From Nymphaea colorata (Eukaryota), in assembly GCF_008831285.2 (NCBI RefSeq), contig NC_045138.2:2542001-2606000 (forward strand): a stretch of 64,000 bases of DNA, read 5' to 3'. A model generated the notes under the pieces. It saw only the letters and a list, made by a program, of their open reading frames with translations. It did not search any database and was not told the DNA's origin. Of this stretch, positions 1-10,910 are shown in pieces. The position numbers and the translations under genes were made by a program. The number at the start of each line of letters is the position of its first letter. The stretch's first letter is position 1.

Positions 1-215
1 TGCCGGTAGAGTTTCTCCATGGACTGCATGTCCTCCTTGACGTTCTCCACCACCTGGAAGAAGTGGTCGAGGTCAGCTCCGCCGTCGTCGTCACTGGCGG
101 TGCCGCCTCCTGGGGCAGGGCCGACCACCCCGCCGCCAAACTCCAAGTCATGTTCTGCCTGCCTTTTCAGATCTGTGTATGAACGTTTGAAGGATCCGGA
201 GATGAGGTCGTTCAT
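1..215 (-). CDS. Syntaxin of plants, SYP12 group (SYP124/125-like Qa-SNARE), 5' part only; runs off the window start
   Basis: Manual translation from ATG at 215: MNDLISGSFKRSYTDLKRQAEHDLEFGG...ADLDHFFQVVENVKEDMQSMEKLYR. This matches the SYP12x N-terminus (MNDLFS.SFK.YTDLK.Q ... LDKFFEDVENVK.DM...E.LY). GC-rich coding-like composition. Confidence 0.88.
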   Translation of the reverse strand, partial: MNDLISGSFKRSYTDLKRQAEHDLEFGGGVVGPAPGGGTASDDDGGADLDHFFQVVENVKEDMQSMEKLYR

Positions 216-1309
216 CCTCAAATAATTCTCTCTCTCTCTTTCTCTCTCGTGGAAGTTTATGGTTGCTGCAATTTAAGGAGAGAAAAGCTCTGGATTGCTG
301 CGACTTAAGGAGGGAGAAGCTGTAGCTCCCTCCCCATGAAAGTTTACGATTGCTGCGCTTCAACAAGGAATTAGAGACAGAAGCTCTCTCTACCTCTCTC
401 TGATCAGACAAACTTGTATTGTATGGGATGACTAGGAATTGGGTTGTCAAGAGAGGAGAATAAGAAGTGGATGAAGGAAGAACCATGGCTCTGCAACCTG
501 TATCTGATAATCTTTGTGAACAGAACATTCTATTGTGGTATCCACACCTTTTTCTAAACTAAAATTTATGATACAGATAGGATGATGGTCGTGCCCATCA
601 TGTTATCTAGGATCTCCCCACATGTTGTGCTACTCCTATAAACAAGAGAGAGAGTCAAACTGTGCATTTTCCAATGAAATTTCCGGTTTTTTATGCAAAT
701 GAAAGCAGTAGAGGAAAAGAAAGTTATAAAAAGTATAAAGATCATTCGCAATTGGTGTCTCTAACTCTATAATTTGATAAAACCCATTTAGACATAAGTT
801 TTTTAGTAGTTTGACTTAAAAACCTATAATCTCAACTTGCTTTTATGCATTTGACTAAGTTATTTGACTTTAAAGCTTTAGATGAAAGGGCTGTAATTCA
901 ATAATCAGAGTGTACGTTGCTTTGACTGAGGCCCAATAAGTGGAGGGACTTTCTAATGGGGGAGACAAAGGACAGATAGACTAAAGTCTCATACTGATGT
1001 AGAAGTTAAAAAAAGAAAATGATAGAAAAAAGTGTATGGGCAAGACATACAATAGTTGTGATTTCCCTCGCCCTCCGGGGAAAAGGAAACGGAAAAGAAC
1101 TTAAAAATCTATAATTAGAGCCTAAATATTTCAAAAGTATGACTTAAAAAATTTTCTATATATATATATATAGAAAATGACACTGTGCCTAATACCCACA
1201 ATAATCATAAGGACAATTACCATTATACACAAAAAACTGTAGGTCGAGAGAAATGTCAGAATAAACAGCCCAATTTAAGAGTGTATTTCTCTTTATAAAA
1301 CTATAAAAC

Positions 1310-1729
1310 TGTAACACCCAAAAAATTTAGTGTTAAAGATTGTGAGAAATTTTCAAAACTTGTAAAAGAGGTTATTAAATAGATGGTTGTTTTGGTTCCT
1401 AGTCTTTTTGGGATTGAAATTGAAACTGTTAGGGAACAGGGTATGATTCGCCGAATCAGGAGCTTAAAACCAAGAGTAGGTCAAGTTGTTATAGTGGTAT
1501 CATAATCGGTTTAACACTCGGACATAAGGTCTAACACACACGGATGCGTGTGCCTTAAGGAAGTGGATTTGTATATTGTGAGGGATCTTCAAATATTTAT
1601 AAAAAGGGTTATTAAATAATGATTATTCTGATTTTTAGCCTTTTTGAGGTTAGAGCCGAAACTGCTAGAGGGCAGTTTGAGATCCGCCGAATCAGAAGCT
1701 CGAGCTCAAGAGTGTGTCAGGTTATTACA
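1310..1729 (+). mobile_element. TRIM (terminal-repeat retrotransposon in miniature), 420 bp, complete with TSD
   Basis: Starts TGTAAC (1310) and ends TTACA (1729), flanked by perfect 5-bp TSD AAAAC (1305-1309 / 1730-1734). Diverged direct repeats at 1310-1493 and ~1570-1729. Degenerate tRNA-iMet PBS TGGTATCATAATC at 1495-1507. Purine tract AAGGAAGTGGA before the 3' LTR. Internal region ~75 bp, non-coding. Confidence 0.85.
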
Positions 1730-3109
1730 AAAACACTTTACAAGAATGGGGCGAACACATAAACCCTAATGCAACTCAGGATCTTAGAGGCAAAGAGAAG
1801 GGCATTGCAACCTTTTTTTCAGATAGTGGGTTGTTAGACCTCAAATAAAATTCACATCAGACGTTATTATACCAAAAAAAAAAAATACTCGAACTGCTGC
1901 ATTCCAATAGCTCTGTAACCTCTCTTTCAAGAGTCATACTTACATGGAGCCTCCTGCAATTGCCGAGCAATCCTACAGGCAGATAAGGGACTGCTTATAA
2001 GAGAAAGGAATGCTTCAAAATAATGCCGAGGATCAACATGGAGAAGATGCGTGGTTCAGTTCTGCACGTTGCATTCATCCTGCAAGTCGCAAATACAGTC
2101 TGTGAAATGTGAGGGCCTTTGGGCCCAACTCCCAACCGCCTTGCTGAGTGGGTAGCCTCGAATGTTAGTTAAAGTCTAACGCAGCGGTTTTTCTTGATTT
2201 TCCTTCTCCACTCCGTGATTTTTCTTTTGGTTTATAAGAATCTCAATAGTTAGAACAGTACTGGTTTTGCATGATTTTGCTGTTTTACCTTTTGTTTGAA
2301 GTTCCCCTTTTTTGACAGATAAATTAACCAGGAGACATGTTGCACAATCAATAGCATTTTCACAAAAGCGAAGCGTAAATTTCCGGCATTTTTTACGAAG
2401 GAACAAATTCCATGGTTACTTTCATTTCTAATCAGCCAGCAGACTAAACCAGACAGTAGCATGAACCAATTACGATATGGTTGAGAAGAGACAAGAAAAA
2501 TGCAGTCAGCATTGAAATCAATTATTTGGATTATCATAGATTTTTCTGTTTCTATGGCAATATCTAGTCAACAATACATGTGTGGAACCATTGAGAACCT
2601 GCACACAGCCATTAATTTGACCATTTTCAATCCCATCGTTCACGAGCAAACTATTCTCCTTAATAAGAGAGAATAAGGCCCCGCCTCTTGGCCATGAGCT
2701 CAAAAGATGGGGGGCATGTTTTTTGGTTTTCCTAATAAAGGGACGCTCTTCTGGACAACTGTCATGAAGGTAAATCAAACGCACTTACGAATAGACAGAT
2801 AATGCATAGGAAGAGAAAGCTGAAACACAGTATCAGTTACCCTGTAAAACTAATAAACTTTAAGGAACAAGCATTTAATGTTCAACAAATATATAGTGAT
2901 TCCTTCATACGTCACATAAAGACTTGCAAAAACAGAAAACAAAAGATCACTTGCTAATTATCCTACAAGGGCAAAATTCGACATAGATTCATGTTCAGAA
3001 ACTCATTATACATCCTACTCCTTAGATGGCTACATTCACCAGAAGCCTGATCTTCAAGCTCATCAGGATCATGAAAACTTGGTCTTCAATGGGGAATCAA
3101 TTGGAGGAT

Positions 3110-5629
3110 TTACTTCTTTCTCTTAGGTGCCCTGAAATTGAAGCAAGAAATTGAAAGTAAACCATACAAAACTAGAACAATTTGAAAAGAATGGAAATGA
3201 ATTCAGCGGTTTAATCAATTACTCTGCTGCTGTTTGTGATGCAGGAGCAGCTGCCGGACCCTGTTCCAGAAAAAGGCAGCATTGACAGATCAGATTCTGT
3301 TTTTCTTGATCAAATCATACATATGGAAAATAGTTCAAGTTGTGAACCCCTCGAAAACCTAAAATAGCTTCAGTCCGTACGTGCTTATGTCTTCAACATC
3401 GCTCAGTTACAATGGATCAAAACAGATATCATCATTTGGTGTATAAAAATTACAAGCATGACTTTATGAGCAATCAAATCCTGGCACTGTGGGCGTTCAT
3501 CTTTTGAAGTGCATCTGAAGCCTCACTACATGCCCCTATCATAGAGCAAACTATGTAGATTGCATCTGCAACAGACTAACTGACTAATTCAGATACTTCA
3601 CAAAAAAATGGTTTCATAAGCCACTGAATACTGATAATGCATGTGGATGTGGCCCCGATTCCACATATATATGTATGTCTAGATGAATGCAAATCAGATG
3701 GTCAAAAACAACGTACAACACATGCACAGGTTTGCTTGCTGAACGGTAACCTGGTGTCCTAAGAAGTCATAATCCCAGAACCTCGTTCAGCTTGCAAATG
3801 TGTTATCAAGTTAATGAAGCAAAATTATCAGCCACGACCAACACACTTAATTTTCTGCTACTTCCATGCCTACAAAACAGAAGTCACTCTCCTATTAGGT
3901 TCCTACAGACCCAGCTAAGTATCCAATGTTCTTCTGGACCATTATAGGCCGTCCCCCATAAATCCTCGTTCAAAAGGCCAGGAAGGACCAGTCCCAAAAG
4001 AAACAATGGCATCTTGCTTCTAAATCTTAGTTCTCGCAACATGTTTAAAAGGCCACGTGCATAAACTGTAGACTGGATAAGTTATCATGCTTCTACTTTT
4101 TTTTCTGTCTTTTTTTTTTCTGATATTGCCCTATGGAATCGAAACCGAGACCTTAGTGCAATCCAAACATCCAGTCATCTCACTCCATCTTGCAAACCAT
4201 ACATAGATTACTAACAGTTCCTATGTTTTTATGTGGATTACTGACTGTAACACATTTAAGATATTAAACCCAATCATTGCATTAAATCTTGCCAAGTTAT
4301 AATATATTGATCATCACCAATTATTAGACTTTGAGGTGAACCTAGAATAAAGAAGACACTTAAGCGACTAAAAATGGGAAACATCTTAAAGCAACAAGAA
4401 AATGAGAAACAAACCTGGGCAAGGCGCTCTTCCCTTCGTGCAATCTTCCTTTCCCTGCTTGCCTTGCTCTTTGCTCTCTTCGCTTCAAACTGATCAGACA
4501 AGGTTTTCTCTCTTGCCTTCTCTGCTTTTGATTTGTGTATGCTCTCCATGAGCACACGCTTGTTCTTGAAAACGTTACCCTTCACCTTCATATACATGTC
4601 ATGGTACATGTGTTTGTCAATCTTTTTTGCTTCCCTGTACTTGCGCAGCAAGCGACGGAGCACCCTCATCCTCCTCATCCAAAGAATCTTGGTCGGCAGC
4701 CTAGCCTCCCTAGTACCTCTACGCTTACCATATCCTGAATGCCTTCCTTTCCTCTTTGCTTCCAAAGCTCGACGAGCCCGTGAGCGTGAATGAATTTTGG
4801 ATGGCTTTTTTATCACAAAACCATCTTTAACCAGCTTTCTTATATTTTGCCCTGCATATAATATTGTAAAGCTGAATGACTATTTTCCTTGAACAACTTG
4901 ACCAACATTACTTCCGCGAGATTAACTTTGTTAGTTTCTTAAGTAGTTATTACCAATATCGAAGTTGTTCTCAAGCGTAGATAGGTGGGACCATGGATGG
5001 AATCAAACAGCGAGATTATAATTTAAAGTCCTTTTCAAACTTGCTCTGACTATAATCCATAAGCCACATGTAGTAACCCTTCTTCAAAATAACAATTCAA
5101 TTTTGACATAAAAGAAGCGCATGAAATAATAAATTTGACAATAAGAGAAGTACACTAGCTTTCCATGGCACTCCCAAGCTTAATCAAGTAATAAGAATGT
5201 AAGAAATTTTGACAACAGAAGAAACAAAGGTTCTGTAGTAAAAAACAAGTAAAAATGTAATCTATCAAGTACTATTGCAATTTGTCCACCGTATAATAGA
5301 TAAGATGGTTAAGTTGGGATAGACAGGTTCACACAGATGCAAATGCATCTCCAATAATCATATGGCAAAGTAAACTCCACAGAAGCAACTTTAGAAGACG
5401 AAAGCCAGAGCAACAGATATCATAAAAGGAACAAGATATTTTTTTTCTAAAGTTAAGACATTTTTTCAACTCTTGACTTTCTGAACATTTCTTAATTAAT
5501 AAGGACAAAATTCTTACTAGAATTGGCCATGGAGATCTCGCTGGTTTCATTGGGATCAAGCCAAACTTTTCCTTTACCACACTTAAGAACGCTTGCAGCC
5601 AAGCGCTTCTGCAGCTTAAGAGACACCAT
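3110..5629 (-). CDS. RPL19: 60S ribosomal protein L19 (eL19), 202 aa, 4 coding exons
   Basis: Exons 5629-5518, 4851-4415, 3260-3223, 3131-3110, all GT-AG and in phase (609 nt). [28 protein letters not shown]...[15 protein letters not shown]...[18 protein letters not shown]...[25 protein letters not shown]. Confidence 0.97.
3370..3435 (-). ncRNA. Candidate intronic box C/D snoRNA (no target identified) in RPL19 intron
   Basis: Minus strand, sense to RPL19: C ATGATGA - 22 nt - D' CTGA - GCG - C' ATGTTGA - 19 nt - D CTGA (66 nt). No terminal stem and no convincing rRNA complementarity found by eye. Confidence 0.4.
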
Positions 5630-5637
5630 TTCTAGAT

Positions 5638-7062
5638 CTGCATCAGCAAGGGCAGAAATAGGAATGAGGCACAGAGCAAAAAAATGAAGAAAAATGAGCT
5701 CCCAAGCAGGCTCCCCATATGACAAACTTAGCAGCAAGAAGAACAGGAGTATTTTAAAAACAGTTACTGATGTGAGTGATCAGCAACGATAGAGGATGGA
5801 GCTATTCAAAACTCATAAACCAGTTTGACGTGATAGAATATAAGCATAGAAAATCAACGAGTAAAATGATTATAAGGAATAACAGAACCAAACAACCCCA
5901 TGAAACTGGAAAAACATAAAAGTAATTTAGAGACGATCTCGTGTGAGTTTCTTAAGCATACGTGACTGCAAAATATTCCCAATAATTCACATTAGAACAT
6001 AAATTGTTACCAACACAAACAAAGCTACACATAAATAACCAATGACCAGAATGTAGCAAAAAAGCGACTCTCAAATACACAAAACTAGACCAAGTAGACA
6101 TTACATTGTGCGGCAAAATTATTTGCAAATAACTAACAAGTCAGATGTACTATTCAATCGTTACATTGTGGAAAAAAGCATATAGCCGATAAATAAATGC
6201 ATGTACCAACTACCAACATCAGTTCCGACACAGAAGAGATTGATGTCTTAGAAACACTACATCCTAATCACTCAGTTTATAACTTTATAGATACACGCGC
6301 ACATAAAGTTCCCCTCATCATCGTAAAGAAATAATCAATCTATAACTACGTAACAAAGGATATGCCGTGTATATTACCCAAGAAGCTTGGGTAAGATCTC
6401 AGGTACAATAGAAGTTAAAGAAAAAAAGCAGACCTTGTATGTGCATCCAAAATAAAAGGACTTATCATCACAGAAAGAGAGACGAAATAGAAGATACAAC
6501 GGTAAATTATAAGTTTTTTTTCCGGTTCGGAAGCCGCACAAAACAGGCAAGCAAAAGTTTGTCAGGAAATAAAACGAACACAATGGCAGGTGGAAGAAAC
6601 TATGGAATAGTAATCATAAAAAAAAAAAGAATAAAAAATATCGCAACTGTGAACCCCATTTTCTGATTTCAACCGTCAAAAGAGGATCTGGACCTGAAGC
6701 AAGAACGGAAACAAATGAAGCAATTCGAGACTCATCCAGCCAAATTTCGGAACCCAGTCCCCGGAAACTTGCAGATTAAACTTACTCAGCTTAAAAGCAG
6801 ATAAGACGCACTTAACTTAAATTCAAAGCACTCAACCCAAACTACTTAACCCCTAGCCATCCCACAAGCCAAGCAATGAGAAATATCCCCCAACTCTCGA
6901 ACCGTGAAATGCTAAAAAACCCAGCGACCGAACAATATTCACTCACTGGATCAGCACCGTACGAGGAGAAAATTGAAACACACAATCATCAAAAATTGTG
7001 AATTCAGACCAAATTGTTACGATGCTGCAATAGATGCATAAGAATAGAGAAAAAAATAGTAC
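5638..7062 (-). other. Probable 5'-UTR intron of RPL19 (~1.4 kb)
   Basis: Acceptor TGCAG| lies 8 nt upstream of the ATG. Donor AAAG|GTACT at 7062 follows a GA-rich leader and a telo-box. Other possible splice sites inside (e.g. 6785, 6693) make the exact structure uncertain. Confidence 0.55.
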
Positions 7063-7145
7063 CTTTGATCCACACACCCTCTCTCTCTCTCCCTCTCCCT
7101 GTGTCTGATGGGGATGGGGAGCGGCGGACGGAGATGCAAGATTTC

Positions 7146-7153
7146 TAGGGTTT
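7146..7153 (-). promoter_or_regulatory. Telo-box (AAACCCTA) near the presumed RPL19 transcription start
   Basis: AAACCCTAG on the minus strand just upstream of the putative first exon. Telo-boxes are typical of plant ribosomal-protein genes. Confidence 0.65.
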
Positions 7154-7426
7154 CTGTGGTACAAAATATTTTTAGTTAGGTCCCGATTGTTCTTCTTTTT
7201 TCTCAAAAGAGGATCTCGTTTCTCTTATTTTATATACGCGAGTGATTCCTTATTTTCTCATAATTATATTATGCATTGCATGTGATGTGAGCTAATAGAC
7301 TAATAAAATGTTCATCGTTCTAATTTCATTCACTTGTTTCTCATTCACTTGTCTTCCAATTTTGATATACATTTTCATTTTACATCGTTCTAATTAACGA
7401 ACATAAAAATTTTGGTCGTTTTTAAG

Positions 7427-7648
7427 TAGACCTGAGCATCGCGGACGGGCTCGATAAGAGTCTAGCACGGGATGGCCCTACCCAACCTTGATCTCGGCCC
7501 TACTCAACCTGATTATAATAAAATATTATAAAATAATTTTTTAATATAAAATATATTTTATTATTAAAATATATTTTAATATTAAATAAACAATAAAAAA
7601 TAATCGAATCGAATGAACCCACCCAAACCTATCCGAGTCAGTTTTTTC
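7427..7648 (-). mobile_element. Degenerate hAT-type MITE fragment, same family as 62677-62995
   Basis: Begins TAGACCTGAGCATCG...GATAAGAGTC...CCTGATTATAATAAAA, resembling the reverse complement of the right arm of the 62.7-kb element (TAGACTTGGGCATCGG...GATAAGAGTC...CCTGATTAAAAATAAAA). Other end not resolved. Confidence 0.55.
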
Positions 7649-8882
7649 AAACAGAGTACATATTACATAAAAGCTTTATAAACCATAATATAAATTTGGA
7701 ATCCATGGACGTGATTAGAGGAACGTAGTTAAAAACATGCCTTCAAGAATGTATATGCATTGGATATTGGGAAATTTAATTGGTCGTATTATTGCTCATC
7801 ATCATACTAAATATTAAAATTGAATATGAATAGGAATCCAAATTCGTTCCAATGTTATTTTTAAAATTGAACTCCCATCAGATTTCTTAATCACTCATTA
7901 ATTTTTTTTCTATATCAAACTTATTTAAGGAAAACCAATTAGAAGTCCAATCCGAAATTCATCAAATGGCATCAATAATGATTAAGGATACATTTTTTGT
8001 TGTTATTTTAATACAAGCATCTTTTTTTTATTTTTTGATGCATTAACCTTGTTAATAACCGCCAAAACGCTCGAGTTTCAAGCACACTTTGTGTTCAAGT
8101 AGGTAAAAACAAAAAAAACAAAAAAAAGTTGGCTGCCATTTTTTCTCATTTTAATATGCTCAAATGGCAGCAACTTTATACTTTAAAAAAATAAAAAAAA
8201 GTGTAAATAAATGGTTAGTGTTTTAACTGGAGTCTTAAAAGTAGTGGCAGATAATGTCGTAAAACTGATCGCATCGGTGAATATAAAAGCCATTGCACTC
8301 GTATATGAAAATATACCAAAAAGTGGACCATTTTTTTAAATTATGCAATTGACAGAAAAAGCCCTCTAATAGTTGCCTTGGAGTGGGGATCAAGTCACTA
8401 GTTACTTGAAAAAGTGGGAAAGGTGGAGTGGGGATCAAGTCAGCCGCCGGTTCATCTAATTGAACGAGTTGAGATGAGTACAGGCGGTATTTTGCTTCAG
8501 TACATAAAATAAGGAGTGACTTGTTCCACAGAATTGGATAATTCTAAAATCTAGTTACAAACTTCATGTTATGCTGAAATCATGCTTCTAGTAATTTGTA
8601 TGACTTGGTTATAAAACAATAAAATTCAGGTTTAAATCACAAATTAAAATCAAAATATGGATACACATGCTATAAAATTATAATATAAAGCAACAATTAT
8701 CTAATGCAGAAAATTTCATCATTTCATTAGTATCACTATAACTAAATATTATCTCAAAGCAATATTATCAAAAATCAGCCAATTCAATTGGACAAACCAA
8801 TTCGTTTTAGTGCTGAATTCATAAGTACCACGCATCAAATTATACATATTTTAAAAATATATTATTTTCAATAAGTTTATAT

Positions 8883-8913
<31 letters not shown>

Positions 8914-9932
8914 GCTCAAATTAAAATTATTACTTTAAATATATAGATTAAATAATAACATTTTAGGATTCATACTTAACCTTAAAAGAGTAACATTTGT
9001 TCTATTTCTTTTTTGTATGTTTACTCTCCACCTCCACCTAAGTGACATGAGTACTTTAATAAGGTCACATATATGTGTTGTCATACATGTACCCAAAGTG
9101 AATATTGGGACACACATATACAAATTACTTAAACTAACTTTATTTAAAATTTTTCAACTCATTTTTCATTTTATTTTTAAAGTTATTGTTTATTAACATG
9201 TAATGTTTTTTTTTTAATTTATGTCACTTGTTTATTAAAACGTTGCTTCCATTTTGACTTTTTTTATTAATTTGCGTACATATATATATATATGTATGTA
9301 TGTATCCTACTGTACCCCGTACCAATATTTTTTAAAGTTGTTGTAAATGTACTTATATCTTTGTACTCATACTTGACCGTACTTGTACCTATGTGACTTA
9401 GCTCTCCACATAAGGTTGTTGGATCAAGCTTGTGTGTAGTGCTTGACCCCAACTTACTTAAATGAATGCTGTTTGTCTTTCAAAACAAAAGGAAGTAAAG
9501 CTTGAACGTAAACTTTTTGTAGCTGCCATAAAACAATAAAACAACTTCGGGTCCATTTAGCAAACAAATTAGTATGTAATTATTTCATAAATACACTTCA
9601 AAGTTTAGGGTAAATTCATGAAAAACCTAAAAAATGTTCTACCAATTTGTGCAATTGTTAGGGCATATTCTATAGAATAGTTACAAACTATTTTATTTAT
9701 TTATCATACAAGCCCTTCCATACTACCTGATGAATCTTAAGACAAATTTATGAAACATGAACTCCTTCAATCTCTGCGGATATTCATGGACAATAACAAA
9801 TTGTTATTGCTAAGAAATAGCCCTTTAAGGTATACGTCTCGACCTTAAGACATATACCTTGCCTAAAAAATTGATTATAAGAGTCAAACCATAATTGCCT
9901 GCTTCCTAGTCTTACATGTGTATGCATAACCA

Positions 9933-10107
9933 TAAATTTTTCTTGAGAAGCGTCGAATTAAAGTTTCTAAATTTTGACTTGGACCGAAATATCATTTTTC
10001 AAAAAATTTATATTAAACAAGTAAAATTTTCTAAAATTTACATATAAATAAAAAACATTTGAGGTGGGGCCAAGGCCCAAATGGGCTCTACCTTGGCTCC
10101 GCCCCTA
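9933..10107 (-). mobile_element. MITE, CAGGGGCGGAGC-terminus family (copy, one end degraded)
   Basis: Ends GGCTCCGCCCCTA. Body is the reverse complement of the 61498-61688 copy (GAATTAAAGTTT..AAATTTT...GAAATATCATTTTT). Confidence 0.75.
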
Positions 10108-10910
10108 TATGTGTCCTAGATGACAAAAATGCTATCGACTATGAACCTATATTGAGTTATCTATAGAGAGGAATTGAAGGAATTGCATAAACTCAAACAA
10201 TTGTACAATTCTATCTTATATGACACATTAAGATTGTTTAGTTACTATGTTCAAATGGGCAAAACTATTAATGCACTCGAAGAATAACGAAATATTCAAG
10301 TATCTAAAGAGACTAATATTGTTAGGGCGATTAAGTTGGAGTTGATTCATGTAGCTTCACGTTTGTTGTGGATTGGATATTTTGTGGCCCATATTGGTGC
10401 ACAGATACTTTTCTTTGTATTTTTAGAGTATGATCTAAAAATTTGTCAAACACCATAGTTTGTTGGAACACATAAAATTTGAAAACATGTCAATAGAAAA
10501 ATTCACAACATAAGTTTCAATGATGCCTTATGATATAACAATTGTTTGTGGCCCTTTCAGTTATTGATTTTTAACATATGACACACACAGAGACACACAT
10601 ATATATAGCTACAAGACCCTACTTGGTAGGAATCATAGTCGTCGATCGTAAAGAGATCATATAATGGATATTAAGTTGCAAATATAAAGTAAAGTTGTTT
10701 TTTCAATATAAAATAGCCCTGAAACGAGGCAAGGAGTTTCCTTTGAGGAGTCTCATTTGTTTCCATCTTTATCTTTCTTTCTATATCTCTTCTTTTGAAA
10801 GATATTTTAGACTATAGAAAGACTGGTTTAACTTCTATATTTGTAATTTAATCTTTATTGTTTAATCTCATTGAAATCAATAGCCAAATGATTCACATTA
10901 TACTTATGGC

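Noticed and set aside
148..528. 126-aa minus-strand ORF overlapping the syntaxin start
   Set aside because: Crosses a GA microsatellite, has no recognisable domain, and cannot be shown to lie within the transcript.
4274..4414. RPL19 reading frame continuing 47 codons past the donor (alternative C-terminus)
   Set aside because: Ordinary read-through into a T-rich intron. A good donor and in-phase downstream exons give a normal Lys-rich end.
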